From positions 1 to 24,962 of IMG/VR virus record IMGVR_UViG_3300012952_000128: 24,962 nucleotides of DNA; one strand, 5' to 3'. The position numbers and the translations under genes were made by a program. Shown one piece after another: positions 15,347-22,980 of this stretch. This stretch comes from a virus (lineage: Duplodnaviria > Caudoviricetes). Positions within the stretch are counted from its first letter, which is position 1; each line of letters starts with the position of its first letter. Under the pieces are notes generated by a model. The model searched no databases. It was not told the DNA's origin and saw only the letters and a program-made list of their open reading frames with translations.

Positions 15347-16108
15347 TCAGGAACGACTGGTGTCTTGGATGGTGTACGACTCGGGCTCCTGCGCCTGGTC
15401 AGGCCGCGGCGGCCTGGTGTGTGCGCCGCCTCCCAGAGCCTCCTCCCGCGCCACCCACGTACTCATGAGCTTGCCGTAGCTCCCGCTGAGGTCATCCTGC
15501 AGGCTCTTGATTGCCCCCTTGAGTAGGTCGTCGCCATAGAGCTCGGCGAGCGTGCGCTTCGATGCGATGGAGTCGGCCAGCGCCTTGTGCCTGGCGTCCA
15601 CTGGCGCAGCCTTTGCGCCCCCGTTCACCGGGCGTGTGGGCTTGGTGCCCACGCCCGGCCTGGGCGTCGCTGGTGCGGTCTCTGGCGTCTCCTGCGCAGG
15701 CACGTCCTCCCCAGCATAGATGTAGTGACCGAGGCCAAAGAGCGCGAGGCACTTGGTCATGGCTCGCTGACGACAGTCGTTGATCTGTCGGGCGGTGGGC
15801 TGAGCTACCGCCTTGTGTCGGTGGTCCATCACGGGCAATGACATCTCGCGGCGCAGTCCCTCGATCTCAATCGAGCAGAACACAGCGCAGGTGCCGTCCT
15901 CGTAGGTCATCACATCGCGCTCTCCGAAGCGCTCATAGGTGAGCTGCGCGTCTGGGTAGTGCTCCATCAGCACGCCCCACGCCCATGCCCAGCTCAGATA
16001 CGAGAGACCGTTACGCTTCTGAACTCTCTTGCTCACGTCGATGGCGCTCAAGGTCTGCCATATCTCCGCCGCCTTCTTCCTGCGTTGCTCCGGTGTCATT
16101 CTCATCAC
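15347..16108 (-). CDS. Sak-type (DUF1071, Rad52-like) single-strand annealing protein
   Basis: IDVSKRVQKRNGLSYLSWAWAW...YPDA, LPVMDHRHKAV, INDCRQRAMTKCLALFGLGHYIYAGED are the characteristic DUF1071 motifs. AGGAGG RBS. Confidence 0.88.
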   Translation of the reverse strand: MMRMTPEQRRKKAAEIWQTLSAIDVSKRVQKRNGLSYLSWAWAWGVLMEHYPDAQLTYERFGERDVMTYEDGTCAVFCSIEIEGLRREMSLPVMDHRHKAVAQPTARQINDCRQRAMTKCLALFGLGHYIYAGEDVPAQETPETAPATPRPGVGTKPTRPVNGGAKAAPVDARHKALADSIASKRTLAELYGDDLLKGAIKSLQDDLSGSYGKLMSTWVAREEALGGGAHTRPPRPDQAQEPESYTIQDTSRS

Positions 16109-16259
16109 CTCCTAGTCCATGGCGCTTCTCAGCCATGGTCAGTACTCGCTTGATCCCCGCCGCCGCTGCGCGGGAGAAGTTCACGCCCGGGTCAACCTGG
16201 GCGATGCGGCGCATCCGCTTCCTGTGATCGTCAGGGATGTATATCGTCACGTACGCCAT
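16011..16259 (-). CDS. Ribbon-helix-helix (Arc/CopG-like) DNA-binding protein
   Basis: GGAGGAG RBS before ATG 16259. YVTIYIPDDHRKRMRRIA...NFSRAAAAGI gives an alternating beta strand plus two helices. Confidence 0.6.
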   Translation of the reverse strand: MAYVTIYIPDDHRKRMRRIAQVDPGVNFSRAAAAGIKRVLTMAEKRHGLGGDENDTGATQEEGGGDMADLERHRREQESSEA

Positions 16260-17091
16260 CAAACTCCTCCCAGAACTGCGACACCTGCTCACCGAGGTAG
16301 TCGCAGAAGTCATGGTCACGCATGCACACCCACGCTCTGAGGTCCATGCCGCCGATGTTCGTCACCAGCATCGACCACTGCGGACCAGCGCGCCTGGAGC
16401 CGAGCACCGCGAGCTGCATCTGCACCTGATACGCGTGCTGATAGGGGATGCCCCACGTCTCGTGATGCGCCTCGGGTCCGCGCTCGAAGAGCATCTTCGG
16501 ATCGCGCTCGCCGCCCTTCGGTTTGAAAATGGCGCGCTGGCGCTTCATTTTGACCTCTACGAGCCCGGGGCCGTACTCCTGACCGAGGCGGTAGACCTCT
16601 TTGCGCAGGGGCCCTAGCCAGCCTGTGTCACGCTCATCGCGGCCGTCGAGAAACTCCGGGTGAGCCTGGACCTCCCACATGGGATCGGGCAGACACCAGC
16701 CGTCGATGGTCGCTCCCATGCGCGGGTACGCAAGGGATTCATACATGTGATTCACGCGCACCATCGGCACGCCGATGATGTGACCCGCATCGGCGAGGAT
16801 GCGAGGCTCGCAGCGTGAGCCCCACGCCATCGCCGTGTTGACGGTAAGCTCCTGGCGCTCGCGGAACTTGCGCAGCAGCGCGGCGCGCTCGCTCATCCCC
16901 CAGTCTGCGGCGTCGCGGCGGTGGTACTGACACTGGCCGAGCAGCGCAGACGCCCAGGAGGCGGTTAGGTTCTGCCATCGGCGGGCCTTCCATGCCTCGG
17001 TGTCCTCGCCCGCATCGCCGCCGTAGAGGCATGCCTGCGGGTCTACCCCTGCCATCGGGTCGATCCCGACCCGCTCCATATCGTCGCTCAT
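16231..17091 (-). CDS. YqaJ/lambda-exonuclease-like recombination nuclease
   Basis: W...R...LTAS, AMAWGSRCEP, MGATIDG, LVEVK, YQVQMQLAV are YqaJ-family PD-(D/E)XK motifs. Start 17091 with GAGGGG RBS. Confidence 0.85.
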   Translation of the reverse strand: MSDDMERVGIDPMAGVDPQACLYGGDAGEDTEAWKARRWQNLTASWASALLGQCQYHRRDAADWGMSERAALLRKFRERQELTVNTAMAWGSRCEPRILADAGHIIGVPMVRVNHMYESLAYPRMGATIDGWCLPDPMWEVQAHPEFLDGRDERDTGWLGPLRKEVYRLGQEYGPGLVEVKMKRQRAIFKPKGGERDPKMLFERGPEAHHETWGIPYQHAYQVQMQLAVLGSRRAGPQWSMLVTNIGGMDLRAWVCMRDHDFCDYLGEQVSQFWEEFDGVRDDIHP

Positions 17092-17114
17092 GGTGTCCCC
17101 TCGTTGCTCAGGTG

Positions 17115-17156
17115 TTGACGTCCAGAGTGATATACGTATATGGCCATAGGGAGCAA
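17115..17156. promoter_or_regulatory. Symmetric divergent control region between exonuclease and helicase genes
   Basis: 12-bp palindrome ATATACGTATAT (17130-17141), with TTGACG (+, 17115) and TTGCTC (-, 17156) equidistant from its centre. Confidence 0.5.
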
Positions 17157-17170
17157 GGGGGAAATGAGTT

Positions 17171-18025
17171 ATGCAGACATTGGCTGACCTCGTACACGAG
17201 GCCATGGGGAGCGGATTGCTCCAGCCGAATCCACCTCAGTGGATGCGCCTGGGGCTACCGGAGATCGATCGAGCGATGGGAGGAGCGGGCATCCAGCCCG
17301 GAACGGTGGGCATACTCGGAGGGGGAACAGGGTCCTGTAAATCGACGCTGGCGATGCACATGGCGTTGAACTCTGACGACCAGTGGGGGGTGGTGAGCTT
17401 GGAAGACAACGCGGCTCAGCTGGGGCTGCGGGCGGTGGCCATGGCAGCGCGCATCGACTCGCGGCGGCTGCTGCGGGGGACCATGGGTCTGGAGCTGGAC
17501 AGCAGCGTGAGCGAGCTGCTCGATCGTCAGTTTCCGCTCTTCGAGTGCCCCACCGATGCGACGCAGGAGGAGGCGCTCGTGTGCTGTCGTCGCCTGGCGC
17601 AGGCCGGATGCAAGGTGATCATTCTGGACTATCTGACGAAGGTGAGGTCAGACCCAGGAGCGGACCGGCGCAGCGACATACAGCGGCTCTGGGCTGGCCT
17701 GCAGCGCTGCGCAGTCGATGAGCAGGTCGCGGTGATCGCGGTGACCCAGCTCAATCGTTCGAGCCAGCGAGGCGAGCCGAGCTTGCAGAGCCCGAGCGAG
17801 TCGAGCTCTATCGAGGTCGAAGCGCGCTTTGCGCTCATGGCCTGGACAGCGCCCGATGAGCTGAGAGAAGACACCCAGGTGATCAGCGTGAAGCTCGCCA
17901 AGAACATCTGGGGAGGCGTCGGCACCACCGATCGGTTCGTTCGCTCCGGTGCCAATCTGGTCCATGAGTCAGAGTGTGGCTATGGCCTTTCACCGAAGGA
18001 ATACAGCGATGACCGACCACGCTAA
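17171..18025 (+). CDS. DnaB-like (SF4) helicase, C-terminal ATPase domain only
   Basis: GLPEIDRAMGG, Walker A GGTGSCKST, SLED, Walker B IILDYL, TQLNR, SSSIEVEA, AKN. Confidence 0.85.
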   Translation: MQTLADLVHEAMGSGLLQPNPPQWMRLGLPEIDRAMGGAGIQPGTVGILGGGTGSCKSTLAMHMALNSDDQWGVVSLEDNAAQLGLRAVAMAARIDSRRLLRGTMGLELDSSVSELLDRQFPLFECPTDATQEEALVCCRRLAQAGCKVIILDYLTKVRSDPGADRRSDIQRLWAGLQRCAVDEQVAVIAVTQLNRSSQRGEPSLQSPSESSSIEVEARFALMAWTAPDELREDTQVISVKLAKNIWGGVGTTDRFVRSGANLVHESECGYGLSPKEYSDDRPR

Positions 18026-18467
18026 GATCGGACGCAGGAGCCGCCAGAAGGGCGCTCAAGGCGAGCGCGACGTCGCCAATGAGCTACGCGTCATCTATCC
18101 AGACGCGGCCCGAGGTGGGCTGCTCCAGACCCAATACGGGCGCGGGTCGAATGCCTGCGACGTCGAGCACACCCCGTGGTGGGTGGAGGTGAAACGAGGA
18201 GCGCGCCCCAACATACAAGGGGCGTTCGAGCAGGCCACGAGCGAGACCGACGGGAGACCGCCGCTGGTGGTGAGCCGGAAGGATCGCTCTGTGTGGCTGG
18301 CGACGATGAGCCTGGAGCGGTTCATTCACCTGGTGCGGATCATCCAGGAATATCAGAAGGCTCTCGATCCAGAATTTCAGATAGTAGCGGCGGAGTCTGG
18401 TCCCCAAGCATCAAACGATATTGACTCGTCATCAGCTCCCGAAGCTGCCGACGCTGACGATTCGTGA
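18009..18467 (+). CDS. Holliday junction resolvase-like PD-(D/E)XK nuclease
   Basis: SRQKGAQGERDVANEL, CDV, WVEVKR, PLVVSRKDRSVWL. Start taken at ATG 18009, overlapping the helicase end. Confidence 0.8.
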   Translation: MTDHAKIGRRSRQKGAQGERDVANELRVIYPDAARGGLLQTQYGRGSNACDVEHTPWWVEVKRGARPNIQGAFEQATSETDGRPPLVVSRKDRSVWLATMSLERFIHLVRIIQEYQKALDPEFQIVAAESGPQASNDIDSSSAPEAADADDS

Positions 18468-18930
18468 GGCCCGCCCACACGTCCTCTGTCTGGATGCCGC
18501 GGGAAAACACGAGCTGAGGGTTACGCGTGGTGTGACCCCTGCTCGTGTGGCTCCAGACGTCGAAGCTGGGGCCGAGGTGGGCTGCTAACTCTCGTGCGAA
18601 CCATTGGCCCGTCGAGCAGGCATAGAGGATGATGGTTGCGCGGTCGGTGCAGGACTTGATCCCCTCGGCCAGACACTCCGCGCCCGTCTTGCCCGTGAAG
18701 CCAAGCTCAATCCCGGAGCGCCACCCATGGCAGAAGAAGGCCAGCTGTGCCGCCTGGCGGCTCTCGCGGCTCCAGAGCTCGGCCAGCACCAGATCACGAA
18801 GCTGTCCCTTGCTGCGTGCCTCGGGATCGAGAAGCACCGCGTGACCGTTGTTCATCTCGCACCACTTGCGGGCCTCCGGGATGAATGCGCCTGTCGCGTC
18901 GTGTTTGCCTGGGCTGTTGGTGCCCCGCAC
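18340..18930 (-). CDS. Caspase-like (clan CD) cysteine peptidase-fold protein
   Basis: LAFFCHG and IILYACSTG give a His-Gly / Ala-Cys dyad, each after a hydrophobic strand, as in CHAT, C80 and DUF4347-type domains. GTG start is weak. Confidence 0.6.
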   Translation of the reverse strand: MRGTNSPGKHDATGAFIPEARKWCEMNNGHAVLLDPEARSKGQLRDLVLAELWSRESRQAAQLAFFCHGWRSGIELGFTGKTGAECLAEGIKSCTDRATIILYACSTGQWFARELAAHLGPSFDVWSHTSRGHTTRNPQLVFSRGIQTEDVWAGLTNRQRRQLRELMTSQYRLMLGDQTPPLLSEILDREPSDIPG

Positions 18931-18935
18931 GAATG

Positions 18936-19169
18936 CTAGAGCTGGTCGTCCGGGTGCGGCGGCGGGCTCGGCTTGGTCAGGGGCAGCTTGAGCTTGCGGT
19001 GGCTGTCCAGTGGCTGCAGGACGCTCAGCCGCGCTAGCGTCTGCTGGATCTTCAGCAGCGCGGCGTCGTCTTTTGGGGTGGGCGTCAGCCTGGTGATGAA
19101 GCTCGCCGCAGCCACGAGCGCGCCCGCTGCGGCCACGAGTTCACCCCAGTGATTGAGCAGCCAGCTCAT
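18936..19169 (-). CDS. Holin-like small membrane protein
   Basis: 77 aa. WLLNHWGELVAAAGALVAAASFITRL hydrophobic segment followed by TPTPKDD, a motif I recall from small phage membrane proteins. Confidence 0.6.
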   Translation of the reverse strand: MSWLLNHWGELVAAAGALVAAASFITRLTPTPKDDAALLKIQQTLARLSVLQPLDSHRKLKLPLTKPSPPPHPDDQL

Positions 19170-19651
19170 CGCCCCGAGCTCCGCCAGATGCGCAGCGAGC
19201 TCTCGCCCGTGTTCTGGACGTACGACAGATACTGGATCGGATAGCGAGCGTCTCCGACGCCCTTCATAAAGAGCTGCGACATGTCGAAGCGGACCGTGGT
19301 TCCGCCTGGGATATAAAGTGGCGCTTCGTTGTCCGGGATGGGGTTCGGGCCGGGGCTCGTGGCGGTGCTGGTGGGGTCGATGAAACCAGGATCACCGGCA
19401 AGCTGCGGGCTCACTGGTGCAACGGTCGAGCCGAAGAACCGCACCCAGACGCCATTGATGATCGGAGCGCCGACCGACTGAATCGAGAGGAAGTTGGTCA
19501 ACATGGTGTGCGATCCATCGGGCGCGCTTCCCGTGATGTCCATGGGAACACCCGGAATGTAAAACACGTTGACGTCCGTCGTCGCCTCAAGCGAATACAT
19601 CGCGATCGGCGGTCTGATTTGCTGTGCCTTGTCCACGTTTGCGCTGCTCAT
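19166..19651 (-). CDS. Hypothetical protein, probably virion-associated
   Basis: 161 aa, GGAGG RBS, ATGA overlaps at both ends, beta/Pro-rich. Confidence 0.7.
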   Translation of the reverse strand: MSSANVDKAQQIRPPIAMYSLEATTDVNVFYIPGVPMDITGSAPDGSHTMLTNFLSIQSVGAPIINGVWVRFFGSTVAPVSPQLAGDPGFIDPTSTATSPGPNPIPDNEAPLYIPGGTTVRFDMSQLFMKGVGDARYPIQYLSYVQNTGESSLRIWRSSGR

Positions 19652-22600
19652 GCGTCCGCCTCCAATCGATCACTAATGGTCTGATATCTACCTGAGCTGC
19701 TGCGCGAGGCTGCGGGCATGCGTGCCGCAGCCTGCGCCGCTCGACGTTCATTGAGCCCGAGCGCCTGGGCTTGCTCGGGTGTCTGCGCTCCAGCGTAGCT
19801 CTGCTGGAACGCGAGCAGCGCCTGACCGGTCATCAAGTTGGTCCCAGGGATACCCATCATCAGCCCCACCTGAACGCGGGTTGCAAACGGCGGGTTCTTG
19901 CCCTGCATTTGCTCCGCTACCCGCAGCGCCATCTGCGCGAAGAGGTCCGGGTAAACCGCCTGGATGGTCTCGGCCGTCTCGCTGCGCAAGCGACCTTCGC
20001 CCAGGTCCTTGAGCATCACCAGCGGATCATTCACTGCGCGGTAACGCGTCAGCCAGCTCTGCATTTCTCCCATGCTCACCGCGCCCGGCTCGCCTGGATT
20101 CAGCGGGTCACGAGCTCCCTGCGGCATCTCCTCGGCCAGGTAGAACAGGCCCCGGGTCATCTGCATCTGCACCTCAGACGCAAGCGCGGGCGACGCCTCC
20201 ATGATCCCCTCTGTCGCCATGCCCGCCATCCCCGCTGCGAACGATGGGTTCTGTAAGAGCCCCTCGATGTCCGCCCGCAGCGCGCCAAATGTTTGTCGCT
20301 GGTCCTCGGCGCGCATCTCATCGAGCTCTGTCGTGGTAGGCATTCCCACCCCGCGGGTCACCGCCGCGCCAATGCGAGCGGGTGAAAGCACCACCCCCGC
20401 GCCCTCCCGCCGCGCAGCCTCGAACGCCGGGCGCATCCGCTCGACCGCCTGGTCAAGCCGCGCGGCCCACTGGTCCGCCGCCTCCAGAACCTTGCCGCTC
20501 ACCCCGGCTTTGGTGACCAATCGACGAGAGAGGTTTATCGGTTCTTTGATCCAGTTTGGAAGCATCGAGATCGCAAAGTCCGCCGCGCTCGTCCCGGCAT
20601 AGTCTCGGGCGCGCTCCAGCAACGACGGCTCGTCCAGCGCCTCCGCAGCCTCGGGAGGTAGCGGCGGTTTCATCACGGTCTCTGCCTGGATAAAGACCCC
20701 ATCCTCCGAGTCTGCCAGCCGCTTGCCCTCGTCGTAAAGAGCGCGGGCGGTGCCTCTCGCCTGCAGGCCGGGGCGGATTCCGTCGAGCATCTCATTAAGC
20801 GCCGCCGCCTCCTTGGCCAGGTCGTCTTTGATGCTGGCGGGTGCCGAGTCCACATATGTGGATAACTGCTTTTGATAGTCCTCAAGCGCGGCGGATACCT
20901 CGGTGAGGTTCGCCCCGGAGTCGTTGCGCACGCGCTGGATCATAGCGTTGACGGGCTGGCCATCCTTGCCCAGTAGACCGGTGGAGTCCTCCGCGCCCTT
21001 GACGCCAAAGAGCCTGGCGCGGGATCCCTGCAGGCTCTGCAGCGCCGCCTGATTGCCCTCGACGATTGTGCCGTAGTCCCCAAAGATTCCACGGGTCGAA
21101 GGCGTGCCGAGCTGACGCCCTCGGAGCTCGTCGACCTGCGCCTGCAGAATCACCCGCGCATCCTCGGGCGCGCCCTTCATGGCCCGCTGCAGGACGTTCC
21201 CGGCCTCATTCATCCCGAGATAGCCGTTACCCAGATTGCGGGTTCCGTTGGCCTGCTCGCGCATGCTCTTGTCTTTGACTCGCTGCAGCTCACCGAGCAC
21301 CGCCCGCCCTGCGTCTGTTGAGAACCAACCATCCGCGAGCTGCTGCCCCTTCTTCGCGGCCTGGTCGAGCGCGGTCATGACCTCGGTCACCGCTCCCCGC
21401 GCTGCTGATAGGACCTCCTTGGAGCGCTCCACGAGCGCAGGCTCACGCCTGGCGATCTCCGTCCCATAGATGGTCTCGGGTCGTGTGACGCCCTTACGCT
21501 TGCGCTTCTGCGCTTCAATCGCGATGTCTTGCGCGGCCTTCTGAGGACTACGGATGGCGGGCGGATTGATCTCGATGTCGCGCAGCCGCTGCTCCATCTT
21601 ATCGAGCGCCGCGAAGGCCTCCTCTGTCTTGCGCATGCCAGAGCCGGTCGTGGCGTTGCGCAGGTCACTGGCAAAGCCTGCGGGCGATTGCTCCCACGCT
21701 GCTACGACTTGGGGATCTAGATGGCGGCGGTTGGTGTCGATCCACTCGCTGATTTTCTGCTGCGCACCTTCGCCCCCGTCGCGCAGCTTTCGCCGCCATT
21801 CGTCGAGATCTTTGAAGCTCACCGGAGGCGGAGCGCTCGCGGTCTGGGCGTTGGTCAAAAGCTGCTTTGCGGCGTTGTCCTGCATCCGCGCTAGCTTGTC
21901 CCGACCGATGCGGTAGCCACCGCGCATCATCGCTCCGCCCACCCCGAGCCCGAGCCCCCACGCCACGCCGTTCCCTGCGGCTCCCAGGAGCTGCGCGGCT
22001 GTTAGCTCCGTGTTCTCTAGCGCCGCCTGGGCACGGGCCGCTTGCATCTCGCCGAACGCAGCATCGGCCGCCAGAGGCGCAACGCTCAGCCCCTTGTTCG
22101 CAGCCCAGAGGGCCGCGCCTCGGGTCGCGCTCGATGAGGCCGCAGCCGTGGAGCGGGTCGCGAGATAGTTGGTGAGCTTTGCGATGGGGCTCGCCGCTTC
22201 TCCTGCGCCCAGCATCCATGCCGCGCTCCGAGCTCCCCCGCTGAGCGTGGCCATCGAGGTGATCTCACCCGCCAGCCCACCAATCGCCGCGACGCCTGGT
22301 CGCGCTTCCGCAGCTACACGCAACCTGGCCCGAGCGGCGGTGTTGTCGGCAGCGTCCATGAGCAGCCCGGCGGTGGCGACGTTGCCCGCGGTATAGAGTC
22401 CCACCTCGCCCGCGCTGAGCGACGCGGCGAGCGCCTCGCGCCCCCGGTCACTGAGGGTGTTGACTCGATTCTCTAGATACTGCGATCGGGTCTCGTCGGT
22501 CTCGCCTACCCGCTGATAGGTCCCGGGCATGGACTGATACTCGTCCTCGGTGACCCACCCCGATTTGCCGAACGCGACATCATTGACCAACAGCCAGCGC

Positions 22601-22980
22601 GTACCGTTATCGTCGACGCGCTCCATGGAACCGGGCTCGCCGCGCAGCGCCTCGACCATCTCCCCGACGTAGTCTTCGCCCTGAAGCGCGCCGCTCACCG
22701 CCTCCGGGTTCTGGAAGACTCCTTCGCCTGCTTGCCCAGTGACCGCGCCCGTAATGGCCTGGCCGAGCTTGCGCTTAGCGGTCTCTTCGCTCGTGACCTC
22801 GTCGGTATAGCGCGGAACGGGCGCGCCTGTCTCGTCGGCCTGACGCAGCCCCTCGGCGGCGGCAATCTCCGCCGCCTGGGCCGCTTCCCGCATCTGCTCC
22901 TCTGTGATGGGAGTGTCAGCGGTGGGGCCTGGCGCTCTGCGCCACACCCCATCAGGACCTTTGACGAACTCATCAGCCAT
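19648..22980 (-). CDS. Large internal virion / DNA ejection protein (putative)
   Basis: About 1110 aa, Ala/Gly-rich and helical, with a hydrophobic Gly-rich patch (GVAWGLGLGVGG). Start MADEFVK at 22980 has a GAGGA RBS and overlaps the upstream stop region. Size and position fit podovirus ejection proteins. Confidence 0.65.
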   Translation of the reverse strand: MADEFVKGPDGVWRRAPGPTADTPITEEQMREAAQAAEIAAAEGLRQADETGAPVPRYTDEVTSEETAKRKLGQAITGAVTGQAGEGVFQNPEAVSGALQGEDYVGEMVEALRGEPGSMERVDDNGTRWLLVNDVAFGKSGWVTEDEYQSMPGTYQRVGETDETRSQYLENRVNTLSDRGREALAASLSAGEVGLYTAGNVATAGLLMDAADNTAARARLRVAAEARPGVAAIGGLAGEITSMATLSGGARSAAWMLGAGEAASPIAKLTNYLATRSTAAASSSATRGAALWAANKGLSVAPLAADAAFGEMQAARAQAALENTELTAAQLLGAAGNGVAWGLGLGVGGAMMRGGYRIGRDKLARMQDNAAKQLLTNAQTASAPPPVSFKDLDEWRRKLRDGGEGAQQKISEWIDTNRRHLDPQVVAAWEQSPAGFASDLRNATTGSGMRKTEEAFAALDKMEQRLRDIEINPPAIRSPQKAAQDIAIEAQKRKRKGVTRPETIYGTEIARREPALVERSKEVLSAARGAVTEVMTALDQAAKKGQQLADGWFSTDAGRAVLGELQRVKDKSMREQANGTRNLGNGYLGMNEAGNVLQRAMKGAPEDARVILQAQVDELRGRQLGTPSTRGIFGDYGTIVEGNQAALQSLQGSRARLFGVKGAEDSTGLLGKDGQPVNAMIQRVRNDSGANLTEVSAALEDYQKQLSTYVDSAPASIKDDLAKEAAALNEMLDGIRPGLQARGTARALYDEGKRLADSEDGVFIQAETVMKPPLPPEAAEALDEPSLLERARDYAGTSAADFAISMLPNWIKEPINLSRRLVTKAGVSGKVLEAADQWAARLDQAVERMRPAFEAARREGAGVVLSPARIGAAVTRGVGMPTTTELDEMRAEDQRQTFGALRADIEGLLQNPSFAAGMAGMATEGIMEASPALASEVQMQMTRGLFYLAEEMPQGARDPLNPGEPGAVSMGEMQSWLTRYRAVNDPLVMLKDLGEGRLRSETAETIQAVYPDLFAQMALRVAEQMQGKNPPFATRVQVGLMMGIPGTNLMTGQALLAFQQSYAGAQTPEQAQALGLNERRAAQAAARMPAASRSSSGRYQTISDRLEADA

